64,000 bases of DNA, from contig CAVXJS010000014.1 of assembly GCA_963762145.1 (NCBI GenBank), positions 480,001 through 544,000 of the forward strand. The letters are read 5' to 3'. This DNA comes from an uncultured Candidatus Rokubacteria bacterium (GTDB lineage: Bacteria > Methylomirabilota > Methylomirabilia > Rokubacteriales > CSP1-6). Shown in pieces: positions 31,711 to 42,299 of this stretch (position 1 is its first letter; every line of letters begins with the position of its first letter). The notes under the pieces are model-generated. The model worked only from the letters and a program-made list of their open reading frames with translations. It was not told the DNA's origin and made no database searches. The position numbers and the translations under genes are program-made.

Positions 31711-32031
31711 ATGTCCCAGAAACTCTACGTCGGCGGTATTGCATTCACGACCACCAGCGAAGGCCTGCGCGCGCACTTCACGCAGTCCGGCACCGTCGTC
31801 TCGGCCGCGGTCGTGACCGATCAGTTCTCCGGCCAGTCCCGCGGCTTCGGCTTCGTCGAGATGTCCACCGCCGACGAGGCGCAGCAGGCGGTCACCCAGC
31901 TCAACGAGCGCCCGCTCGACGGGCGGTCGCTCAAGGTCGAGGTCGCGAAGCCCAAGACCGACAAGCCCCGCAGCAGCGGCGGCGGGTTCGGCGGTCGCAG
32001 CAGCGGCGGTGGCGGCGGTAACTGGCGGTAG
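31711..32031 (+). CDS. RRM RNA-binding protein with Gly-rich tail
   Basis: RNP2 LYVGGI; RNP1 RGFGFVEM. Confidence 0.95.
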   Translation: MSQKLYVGGIAFTTTSEGLRAHFTQSGTVVSAAVVTDQFSGQSRGFGFVEMSTADEAQQAVTQLNERPLDGRSLKVEVAKPKTDKPRSSGGGFGGRSSGGGGGNWR

Positions 32032-32038
32032 ACAATCG

Positions 32039-32110
32039 AAGGGGGCCTCGACGGCCCCCTCCGAGCCTCCCCCAAGGCTGGGATTGCGCCGGCGAAGCCG
32101 GCGCTCGAAC
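32039..32110. repeat. Intergenic palindromic element between convergent genes
   Basis: GGGGGCCTCGACGGCCCCCTCCGAGCCTCCCCCA plus the hairpin GCGCCGGC-GAA-GCCGGCGC. Confidence 0.65.
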
Positions 32111-32129
32111 GAAGCTAAAAACCTAGCTC

Positions 32130-33911
<1,782 letters not shown>

Positions 33912-33956
33912 CTAACTCAGTAGCAGGGCCTCGAAGCGTCTACTCACCTGCGTCAT
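33912..33956 (-). CDS. leuL: leu leader peptide MTQVSRRFEALLLS
   Basis: Tandem CTG CTA CTG Leu codons, then a hairpin and the terminator; promoter TTGACA(33994)-17 nt-CACAAT(33971). Confidence 0.85.
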   Translation of the reverse strand: MTQVSRRFEALLLS

Positions 33957-34014
33957 GTGCCGGGAATTGTGCCCAGACCGGGGTCGATTGTCAAGCTTCC
34001 GGTAGAATGCGGGG

Positions 34015-34761
34015 GTGATCGAGGTCCACGAGGTCACGAAGCGCTTCGGCGCCACCCCGGCCCTCGACGCGGTGTCCCTGGAGGTACGCCCGGGCACTAC
34101 CCACGTCCTGCTGGGGTCCAGCGGGTCCGGCAAGTCCACCGTGCTGCGGCTCATCCTCGGGCTGATCTGGCCGGACGCGGGCTCGGTGCGCGTGGACGGC
34201 ACCCCGGTGGAGCCCGGCACGCGCGACGGCCTCCTGGCCCGGATGGGCTACGTGGTACAGGACGGCGGGCTCTATCCCCACCTGAACGCCTTCGACAACG
34301 TGGCGCTGGCCGCGGAGGCGCAGCGCTGGCCGCGCGCCCGGATCGCGGGGCGGGTGGGGGAGCTGGCCGACCTGGCCGGGCTCGACGGCGACATGCTGCG
34401 ACGCCATCCGCGCGAGCTCAGCGGGGGCCAGCGCCAGCGGGTGGGGCTGATGCGTGCCCTGGTGCTGGACCCGCCGATCCTGCTGCTCGACGAGCCGCTC
34501 GGCGCGCTGGATCCGATCGTCCGGGCGGAGCTGCAGGAGCAGCTCGGCGCACTCTTTGCCCGCCTCGCCAAGACGGTGGTGCTGGTCACCCACGACATCC
34601 GGGAGGCCGCGCGCCTCGGCCACACCATCACCCTGCTCACCGCCGGCCGTGTGGTCCAGCACGGCACCTTCGCGGACCTGGCCGAGCGCCCGGCCAGCCC
34701 GTTCGTCACCCAGTTCCTCACCGCCCAGACCCTGTCCGCGGCCGCGCGGCCGGGCGGCTGA
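34015..34761 (+). CDS. ABC ATPase, osmoprotectant/ergothioneine type (OpuA/EgtV-like)
   Basis: [29 protein letters not shown]. Confidence 0.9.
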   Translation: MIEVHEVTKRFGATPALDAVSLEVRPGTTHVLLGSSGSGKSTVLRLILGLIWPDAGSVRVDGTPVEPGTRDGLLARMGYVVQDGGLYPHLNAFDNVALAAEAQRWPRARIAGRVGELADLAGLDGDMLRRHPRELSGGQRQRVGLMRALVLDPPILLLDEPLGALDPIVRAELQEQLGALFARLAKTVVLVTHDIREAARLGHTITLLTAGRVVQHGTFADLAERPASPFVTQFLTAQTLSAAARPGG

Positions 34762-34764
34762 CGC

Positions 34765-36270
34765 ATGCGCGCGCTCCGACGATCGATGGGGGGCGGGCTG
34801 GCGCTCGCCGCGGTGCTGTCGATCGCGGCGGGCGCGGACGCCGCGCCGGACGGGCTGATCCGCGTGGGCTCGAAGTCCTTCACCGAGAGCTACATCCTGG
34901 CCGAGATCGCGGCCCAGGTCATCGAACAGGTCGGCGAGGCGCGGGTCGAGCGTCGGGTGGGCCTGGGCGGGACCGGCCTCACCTACCGGGCCCTCGAGTC
35001 CGGCGCGATCGACCTCTATCCCGAATACACCGGCACGCTCGCGCGTGTCCTCCTGAAGGACGCCGCGCTCGAGACGCCGGAGGCCATCCGAGGGCGCCTC
35101 GTGCCAATCGGGCTCACGGTCAGCGGCTCCCTCGGCTTCGCCAACACCTACGCGCTCGCGGTCCGCGCCGACATGGCGGAGCGACTCGGGCTCCGGACCA
35201 TCGGCGACCTGGCCCGGCACCCGGAGCTGCGCGCCGCATTCAGCTCGGGCTTTCTCGAGCGCGATGACGGCTGGCCCGGTCTGCGGACGCGCTACGGCCT
35301 GACCCTGGCCCGGACGGAGGTCATGGAGCACGCGCTGACGTATCGCGCGATCGCGAGCGGCCAGGTGGACGTCATGGACGTCTTCTCCACCGACGGGCAG
35401 CTCGAGCGGTTGAAGCTGCGGCTCCTCGACGACGACCGGCGCTTCTTCCCGGACTACTCCGCGGTGCTCCTGGCCCGCCGCGAGATGATCGAGCGCTACC
35501 CGCGCACCTGGGCGCGGCTGCGCGAGGCGCTCGAGGGTCGCCTCGACGGCGCGACGATGGCGCGCCTGAACGCGATGGCGGACCTGGACGGCCGGCGCGT
35601 TTCCGAGGTGGCCGCCGCGTTCCTGGGCGCCGCCGCCCGCGACGGCGCGGGGGGCCACCGGGAGATGCTGGCCGAGCTCGCCGCGCTCACGCTGGATCAT
35701 CTGGTCCTCGTGCTGATCTCGGTGGGCGTGGCGATCGTGCTCGGCATCCCGATGGGCATCGTGGCCGCGCGCCATCGGCGGACCGGCCAGCTCGAGCTCT
35801 CCGCGATCGCGATGCTGCAGACCGTGCCCGCCCTGGCGCTGCTGATGTTCATGATCCCGCTCTTCGGCATCGGCAAGGGCCCCGCGCTCGTCGCGCTCTC
35901 GCTCTACGCGCTGCTGCCGATCGCGCGGAACACCTACGCGGGGCTGATCGCGATCGACCGCACCCTGCTCGAGATCGCGGGCGTGCTGCGGCTCGCCCCC
36001 CTGCGCCGCCTGCTCCGGATCGAGCTCCCGCTCGCCGCGATCCCGATCATGGCCGGCATCAAGACCGCCGCGGTGACCACGGTGGGCACCGCCACCCTGG
36101 CCGCGTTCATCGGCGGCGGCGGCTACGGCGCCCTGATCGTCCGCGGACTGGCGCTGGACGACACCGCCACGATCCTGGCCGGCGCCGCGCCCGCGGCGGC
36201 GATGGCCCTCGTCTTCCACGCGCTCTTCGAGCTGGCCGACCGCGCGGTGGTGCCGCGTGGTTTGCGGTGA
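34765..36270 (+). CDS. Fused solute-binding/permease, OsmF/OpuCC/EgtU-like
   Basis: GSKSFTESYIL, YPEYTGT, FANTYAL, FFPDY, followed by an OpuBB-type TM domain. Confidence 0.88.
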   Translation: MRALRRSMGGGLALAAVLSIAAGADAAPDGLIRVGSKSFTESYILAEIAAQVIEQVGEARVERRVGLGGTGLTYRALESGAIDLYPEYTGTLARVLLKDAALETPEAIRGRLVPIGLTVSGSLGFANTYALAVRADMAERLGLRTIGDLARHPELRAAFSSGFLERDDGWPGLRTRYGLTLARTEVMEHALTYRAIASGQVDVMDVFSTDGQLERLKLRLLDDDRRFFPDYSAVLLARREMIERYPRTWARLREALEGRLDGATMARLNAMADLDGRRVSEVAAAFLGAAARDGAGGHREMLAELAALTLDHLVLVLISVGVAIVLGIPMGIVAARHRRTGQLELSAIAMLQTVPALALLMFMIPLFGIGKGPALVALSLYALLPIARNTYAGLIAIDRTLLEIAGVLRLAPLRRLLRIELPLAAIPIMAGIKTAAVTTVGTATLAAFIGGGGYGALIVRGLALDDTATILAGAAPAAAMALVFHALFELADRAVVPRGLR

Positions 36271-36438
36271 CGGGAGGAGACGGGCGGCCTTCTGGGGGTG
36301 GGTGGAGACGGGTCCCCTTCCGGCTGACACCGGGACTTCTCTTTCTAATTCGCTCGGCTCGCCTTCGGCTCACCTCGCACGGCTTCGGCCCCAGTCAGCC
36401 CGGTCTGCAGTCGACCGTTCCGAGTCGCGCGTGGGCGG

Positions 36439-37249
36439 TCAGGCGCGCGGTGGTTCTATCAGCGCGTTAAGCTGCTGGCACACCGCGAGGATTTCGGCGT
36501 GCGCGCCCGGAAACCACGCGCGGATCCACTCGGGCCGCTCGAAGAACGCGAGAGACGGCTGCCCGGCCCGGCGGATGGCCACGCGCCGCACCAGCCCGCT
36601 CGCGTTGATGAAGCTCACGTCGTCGAGCCGGCGCCCCGGCGCGGCGACGCCCGCGGTGATGGGGCAGAGCGCCGCCGCCACCGCCGCGATGGACTCGGCG
36701 ACGCCCCGCAGGCAGAAGGCGTGAGCGCGCCGGCGCGCCGCCTCGGGGAGCGCCTCGATCAGGGCCCGCATCGTGATGCCGGAGAACACGGTGTCGTCCA
36801 CCACCGCGAGCGTGGCGCAATCGGCGACGCCGTCGAGCTGGGCCGCGAGACCGCCCGCCTCGGTGCTGATCACGCGGTAGCCGCCGCGGCCGTCCTCCTC
36901 GCGGGTGAGGCCGACGCGGCGGATGCGCGGGAACCACCCCGCGCGCGCGTGCAGCGCCGCGGCCACGCGGAGCCCGGCCGTGCCGATCCCGAGGGCCAGC
37001 GCGAACGGCGCGTGGTCGCGCTGGGCCACCACGCATTCGACCTGCTCGCCGAGGGTCAGGATGCGCACGCGCTCCGCGTCGCGGGCGAGCAGCGCGAGCA
37101 GGCTCGCGGACGAGCCCGGCGGCGGGTGAGCTCGCGCCCTCGTGGCGCGCCACCTCGTCGGTCAGATCGTCGTGGACGTAGAGGACGCGCGGGGTGGGCT
37201 GCGCGTACGCGGCGCCGTCCGCGGCGGCGCTCACCGCGGCGGTGCTCAC
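36439..37249 (-). CDS. Phosphoribosyltransferase-fold hypothetical protein (frameshift near 37102)
   Basis: PRPP-loop-like LAVVDDTVFSGIT; GTG start overlaps the egtD stop; the N-terminus (RVLYVHDDLT) is in another frame. Confidence 0.65.
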
Positions 37250-38220
37250 CGCGGTGCGGCGAGCGCCAGGGCGAAGTAGTTCGCGGGATCCACGTGCCAC
37301 TTCTCGAGGGCGAGGGAGGCGCCCGCCAGCATCTCCACCACCCCGTCGCGCGTGAACTTGTAGGAGTTCTCGGTCCAGATGTCCTCGCCGGGCTCGAAGC
37401 GAACGGTGAGCCCGAGGCGCCCGAGCTTCACGGTCTGGGCGCGGTCGGCCACCAGGTGCATCTCGATGCGCGAGGCCTCCTCGTTGTAGAACGCGTGGTG
37501 ACGGAAGGCCTCGGGCTCGAAGTTGCCGTCCACCGCGTGGTTGATCACGTGCAGGATGTTGCGGTTGAAGTCGCGGGTGACGCCGGCCGAGTCGTCGTAG
37601 GCCGCCTCGAGCACCTTGACGTCCTTGACCAGGTCCACGCCGAGCAGCAGCCGGTCGCCGGGGTGGCGCAGAAGCGCGCGCAGGCCGGCGAGCAGGCGCT
37701 GCCGCTCCGGCGCGTCGAGATTGCCGATGGTGCTCCCCAGGAACAGCACGAGGCGCCGTCCGGCGGGCGGCGGCACGTGGGCCAGATCGCGCTCGAAGTC
37801 CCCCACCACCGCGTGAACGGAGAGCGCCGGGTAGTCCCGGGTGAGCCGGGCGGCGGTGGCCTCGAGGGTGAGCCGGTCCACGTCCAGCGGCACGTAGCGG
37901 ATCGCCCGTCCCCGCGCGGTGGCCGCGTCCAGGATCAGGCGGGTCTTCTCGGAGGAGCCGGCCCCGATCTCGACCACGTCATCGGGAAGAATTTCCCCGA
38001 TCAACCCGGGCACTATTTCCCCCAGGAGCGCCGCCTCGGTGCGCGTCGGATAATACTCCGGCAGCTCGGTGATCCGCTCGAACAGGAGCGACCCCGCGCG
38101 GTCGTAAAAGTACTTCGGCGGCAGGGACTTCTGCCACGCGGTGAGGCCCTCGCGCACATCCGCTTCGAGACGCTCCTGGCGCGCCGATTCATCCGTATGA
38201 ATTTCTAGCCGGTAGCGCAT
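37246..38220 (-). CDS. egtD: L-histidine N-alpha-trimethyltransferase
   Basis: KSLPPKYFYD, PEYYPTRTE, EIGAGSSEKT, FLGSTIGN, AYDDSAGVT, TENSYKF. Confidence 0.95.
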   Translation of the reverse strand: MRYRLEIHTDESARQERLEADVREGLTAWQKSLPPKYFYDRAGSLLFERITELPEYYPTRTEAALLGEIVPGLIGEILPDDVVEIGAGSSEKTRLILDAATARGRAIRYVPLDVDRLTLEATAARLTRDYPALSVHAVVGDFERDLAHVPPPAGRRLVLFLGSTIGNLDAPERQRLLAGLRALLRHPGDRLLLGVDLVKDVKVLEAAYDDSAGVTRDFNRNILHVINHAVDGNFEPEAFRHHAFYNEEASRIEMHLVADRAQTVKLGRLGLTVRFEPGEDIWTENSYKFTRDGVVEMLAGASLALEKWHVDPANYFALALAAPR

Positions 38221-38281
38221 GGCATCGTCCTGCTGCAAGCTAGACGCCACGAGCGGCCCCCAGGGGTCCGGAAGGAGTGAC

Positions 38282-39580
38282 ATGGTCGAGACCATAGCAG
38301 ACCGGCTGACCGATGCGTGGGCACGGACCGATCGGATCTTCGAGATCCTGGCGCCTGGAAGCTGGCTCGCCCAGCCGATCGCGCTGCGCCACCCGTTCAT
38401 CTTCTACCTGGGCCACCTGCCGGCCTTCGCCTGGAACCACGTGAGCGGCGGCGTGCTCGAGCGCCCCCCGTTCAACGCGGCCTTCGACGAGCTCTTCTCG
38501 CGCGGGATCGACCCCGACGTGGACGATCCGACCCATTGCCACGACCATCCCGAGGTGCCCGATCGCTGGCCCGCGGTGGAAGAGATCGTCGCGTACCGCG
38601 ATCGCGTCCGCGAGGCCCTGCTCGCGTCGGTGGATGCGGTGGCGGCGCGCGCGGACACGCACCTGATGGCCCGGGAGGGCCGCGTGTTCAGCATGGTGAT
38701 CGAGCACGAGCTCATGCATCAGGAGACTCTGCTGTACATGCTGCAGCGACTGTCCCTCGAGCGCAAGGTCCGTCCGGCCTGGCTGCCGCCGTACGTGCTC
38801 GGGCCCGGCCGCCCCGCCGGCCCCGTCGAGGTTCCGGCGGGCCCGGCCACCATCGGCGCCCGCTTCGACGAGCTGCCCTTCGGGTGGGACAACGAGTTCT
38901 CCACCCTCGAGGTCCACGTGCCCGCCTTCTCCGTGGACGCCACCGCGGTGACCAATCGCCAGTTCCAGGTCTTCGTCGAGGACGGGGGCTACCAGCGCGC
39001 CGACCTGTGGACCGACGAGGACTGGGTGTGGCGCGGCCACGACGCGGTCGAGCATCCGGCAGTGTGGGAGCTGGTGAACGGCGCGTGGGTCTATCGCACG
39101 CTCTTCGATCTCCTCCCGCTCGATCGGGTGGCGGACTGGCCGGTCTACGTGAGCCTCGCGGAGGCGCGGGCCTTCGCGCGCTGGCGCGGTGGCCGCCTGC
39201 CGAGCGAGGCCGAGTTCCATCGCGCGGCGTCCGCCCCCCAGAAGGGGAGCCGGCCGGAAGACGGCAATGTCGGCTTCCGCCACTGGGCTCCAACCCCCGT
39301 CGGCACGCATCCCGAGAGCGCGAGCGCGTGGGGCGTGCAGGACCTGGTCGGCGACGGCTGGGAGTGGACGGGTACCGTCTTCGCGGGCCTGCCCGGCTTT
39401 TCCACGTACATCCCGGGCTACGAAGGCTACTCGGCCGACTTCTTCGACGGCAAGCACTACGTGCTGAAGGGCGGCTCGTGGGCCACCGCCGACGCGCTGG
39501 TGCGCCCCAGCTTCCGCAACTGGTTCCAGGCCCACTACCCCTACGTGTTCGCCAAGTTCCGCTGCGTCACGGATGACTAA
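38282..39580 (+). CDS. egtB: Non-heme iron sulfoxide synthase (EgtB family, fungal Egt1-like)
   Basis: DinB-like domain RHPFIFYLGH...EHELMHQE plus FGE-sulfatase-like domain (GWDNE, RLPSEAE, WEWT, KGGSW). Confidence 0.9.
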   Translation: MVETIADRLTDAWARTDRIFEILAPGSWLAQPIALRHPFIFYLGHLPAFAWNHVSGGVLERPPFNAAFDELFSRGIDPDVDDPTHCHDHPEVPDRWPAVEEIVAYRDRVREALLASVDAVAARADTHLMAREGRVFSMVIEHELMHQETLLYMLQRLSLERKVRPAWLPPYVLGPGRPAGPVEVPAGPATIGARFDELPFGWDNEFSTLEVHVPAFSVDATAVTNRQFQVFVEDGGYQRADLWTDEDWVWRGHDAVEHPAVWELVNGAWVYRTLFDLLPLDRVADWPVYVSLAEARAFARWRGGRLPSEAEFHRAASAPQKGSRPEDGNVGFRHWAPTPVGTHPESASAWGVQDLVGDGWEWTGTVFAGLPGFSTYIPGYEGYSADFFDGKHYVLKGGSWATADALVRPSFRNWFQAHYPYVFAKFRCVTDD

Positions 39581-39602
39581 CCGATCTCGAGGAGAGCGTC
39601 GC

Positions 39603-40007
39603 ATGCGGCCACGGATGTTCCTGATCGCGATCCTGCTGATGGCGGCGGGCACGAGTAGCGGGTGCGCCACCGGCGGCACCTCCACCACGGGCGGCCCCTC
39701 CATGGACTATCCCAGCCGCGGCTACGGAGGCTACTCCGGCTATGGCCTCGGCGGCTACGGGGGCTATTCCGGCTATAGCCTCGGCGGCGCCATCTACGTC
39801 AACGCGTTTCCGTACTTCGCGGACGTGAGCCTGAACGGCAAGCCGATCGGCATCGCCAATGATCTCCAGGCCTCGCTGGTCGACACCCGCGCGGGCGTGC
39901 ACGCGCTGACCGTGACCGCGCCGGGCTACGAGCCGGCGACCGTGTACGTGCGCGTCGTGCGGGACTGGACGACGCGGGTGCGGCTGACCCTGATCCCGGC
40001 GCGCTAG
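39603..40007 (+). CDS. PEGA-like lipoprotein with Gly/Tyr repeat
   Basis: Lipobox-like TSSGC; GVHALTVTAPGYEP PEGA pattern; 33-nt tandem duplication at 39720-39785. Confidence 0.7.
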   Translation: MRPRMFLIAILLMAAGTSSGCATGGTSTTGGPSMDYPSRGYGGYSGYGLGGYGGYSGYSLGGAIYVNAFPYFADVSLNGKPIGIANDLQASLVDTRAGVHALTVTAPGYEPATVYVRVVRDWTTRVRLTLIPAR

Positions 40008-40026
40008 CCGGCGCGGCGCGCCCCGC

Positions 40027-42237
40027 CTATCCGGCGGGCTCCACGTCCACGAAGCAGGAGTTGAACGGCGTAGCCCCCGCGGGTGACGAGCGGTCGTCGG
40101 TCAGGAGGTTCGAGCAGCCGCGCGTGTCCTGCCCGTCCGCGTCGAGGGCGAACCACGCGCCTTCCTTGATGGAGACGGCGCCCGGCGCCACCCGGTCGGT
40201 GACTCGCGCCGGGATCAGGGTGCGGCCGCGCCCGTTGAACACGCGCACGCGCTGCCCGTCCACGATGCCGCGGGCGGCGGCGTCGGCCGGGTGGATCCAC
40301 ACGTCGTCGCGGTCGGCGCGCGAGAGGATCGCCTGGTTGTCGTGGATCGAGTGGGTGCGCGCGCGCGACTTGGGCGTCACGAGCCGCAGGGGGTGGCGCG
40401 GATCCACCACCTCCGGGATCCAGGTTGGGATCGGCGGGATGGAGCCGAGGCCGTAGGGATCCGGCTTGGCGGCCAGGCTCATCGAGTAGATCTCGATCTT
40501 GCCCGACGGGGTCGTGAACCGGTACCGATCCGGGTCGCGGATCTCGTTCGCGAAGGCCACCGCGTCGTCGGGGGCAGGCAGCCGCGCGAGGCCCTTGGCC
40601 CGGAAGGTCTCGTAGTCGTCGATGGTGTCCTTCGTCAGCTCGCGAAGCCACTCGTCTTCCGTCTTGTCGTTGTAGCCCTTGATCCCGAGGCGCTCGGCCA
40701 GGGCCGCGCAGATGTCCAGATCGTTGCGGCACTCGCCCACCGGCTCGATCGCCTGCTGCATGAAGATCGCGTAGTGGCCGGCGCCCGCCCACGGGGTGTG
40801 GACGTCGTTGCGCTCCCAGAAGGTGGTGGCGGGCAGCACGATGTCGGCGTAGCGCGCGGTGGGGGTGATGAAGTGATCCTGGACCACCACGAAGTCGAGC
40901 CGCTCGACCCCGGCGATGATTCGCCGGACGTTCGGGAGCTGGTTGAAGAGATCGCCCGCGCAGGAGTAGATCATCTTCACGTCGGCGGGGTAGCCGCCCG
41001 CCTTGCCGCGCTCCAGCAGATCGGCCAGCAGCGGCGAGGAGACGCGCCCGTCGATCGGGTTCTCGCCGGTGGGGAGCGCCTGGATCCCACCGCGCCCGGT
41101 GGCGCCGTTGCTGGTGCCCGCGTTTCCGCCCGGGATGCCCACGTTGCCGGTCATCGCGCAGAGCGCGTAGGCCGCGCGGTGGAACTGCTCGCCGTGCAGC
41201 GTGCGGCCGGGCGCGTAGCCGGTCTGGAGCGCGGCGGGCTTGGCGGTCGCGTACTCGATCGCGAGGGCGCGCAGGGTCTCCGCGGGCACGCCGGTGATCG
41301 CGGCCGCCCACTCCGGGGTCTTGGGCACGCCGTCGGCCTCGCCGAGGAGATAGCTGCGGTACGAGGCGCCCGCGGGAGCCCCGGGCGGCAGGTGCGCCTC
41401 GTCGACGCCCAGCACGTGCCGGTCGAGATAGGCCTGGTCGTGCAGCCCCTCGGTGAGGATCACGTGGGCCATCGCGATCAAGGCGGCGGTGTCGGTCGCG
41501 GGGTTGATGAAGACGTGCTGGTCCGCGAGCTCCCAGCTCGTTCGGGTGCGCCGCGGGTCCACGCAGATGATCTTCACGCCGCGCTGCTTGGCGCGCTTCA
41601 GGTACTGGAGCGTGCCGGTACCGAAGGTGCCGTCGGCCGGGCTCCAGCCCCACATGACGATGAGCCGCGAGTTCTCGTAGTCGGTGGGCTCGCGGCCCGC
41701 GCTCTTGTAGTCGGCCTTGGCCCCGTAGGTCTGGCGCACCGCGAAGACCTCGGCCTCCGCCGAGATGTTGGTCCACAGCTCGGTGCAGCCCCCGAACATG
41801 TAGAGCAGGCGCTTGACGGTGGAACGGCTGTGCAGCATCGAGAGGCTGCCGGTGCGCGAGCAGTCGAGGATGGCGGCCGGCCCGTGCGCCTCGCGGATGC
41901 GGAGCATCTGCCGCGCCACCTCGTCGAGCGCCTCGTCCCAGCCGATGCGCTCGAACTGTCCGGCGCCGCGCGGGCCCACCCGCCGCATCGGGTGGAGCAG
42001 CCGGTCGGGGTGATTCAGCCGCTCGAGCTGGCCGAAGCCGCGCACGCAGGCGTGGAGCGGCGCCTCCTCCGGGGTCCACTTGCGCGGATCGGTGCTGATC
42101 TTGAAGATCTGCCCGTCGCGCACGTGGGCGTTGACCACGCAGCGGCCGCCGCAGTTGTGGCCGCAGGTGCTCGTGACGATGGTCTCGCCCGGCGCGGCGG
42201 CCGGCCGGGGCGCTTCATAGCGGATGGCTTTGGGCAT
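40027..42237 (-). CDS. Molybdopterin oxidoreductase, DmsA-like catalytic subunit (no Tat signal)
   Basis: CGHNCGGRC...ACVRG Fe-S motif; Ser-ligand region TNISAEA; RTHSIH. Confidence 0.9.
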   Translation of the reverse strand: MPKAIRYEAPRPAAAPGETIVTSTCGHNCGGRCVVNAHVRDGQIFKISTDPRKWTPEEAPLHACVRGFGQLERLNHPDRLLHPMRRVGPRGAGQFERIGWDEALDEVARQMLRIREAHGPAAILDCSRTGSLSMLHSRSTVKRLLYMFGGCTELWTNISAEAEVFAVRQTYGAKADYKSAGREPTDYENSRLIVMWGWSPADGTFGTGTLQYLKRAKQRGVKIICVDPRRTRTSWELADQHVFINPATDTAALIAMAHVILTEGLHDQAYLDRHVLGVDEAHLPPGAPAGASYRSYLLGEADGVPKTPEWAAAITGVPAETLRALAIEYATAKPAALQTGYAPGRTLHGEQFHRAAYALCAMTGNVGIPGGNAGTSNGATGRGGIQALPTGENPIDGRVSSPLLADLLERGKAGGYPADVKMIYSCAGDLFNQLPNVRRIIAGVERLDFVVVQDHFITPTARYADIVLPATTFWERNDVHTPWAGAGHYAIFMQQAIEPVGECRNDLDICAALAERLGIKGYNDKTEDEWLRELTKDTIDDYETFRAKGLARLPAPDDAVAFANEIRDPDRYRFTTPSGKIEIYSMSLAAKPDPYGLGSIPPIPTWIPEVVDPRHPLRLVTPKSRARTHSIHDNQAILSRADRDDVWIHPADAAARGIVDGQRVRVFNGRGRTLIPARVTDRVAPGAVSIKEGAWFALDADGQDTRGCSNLLTDDRSSPAGATPFNSCFVDVEPAG

Positions 42238-42299
42238 GGGGGTTCCCGAGAGATTACCGCCGGGCGGGGCAAAAGGCCAGTCTGCTAGACTCGGGCGCC

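Noticed and set aside
34759-34767. In-frame TGA-CGC-ATG between the ABC ATPase and the SBP as Sec or read-through
   Set aside because: Both are complete proteins, the second has its own signal peptide, the site is not a Cys position and I see no SECIS-like hairpin.
38234-38249. Sigma54-like motif TGGCGTCTAGCTTGCA before egtD
   Set aside because: It fits GG-N10-GC but would place the TSS about 3 nt from the ATG, cutting off the apparent AGGA RBS; too ambiguous to call.
38282-39580. Selenoneine (senABC) or ovothiol (ovoA) cluster
   Set aside because: No senB or selD nearby, no C-terminal methyltransferase domain as in OvoA, and egtD is adjacent.
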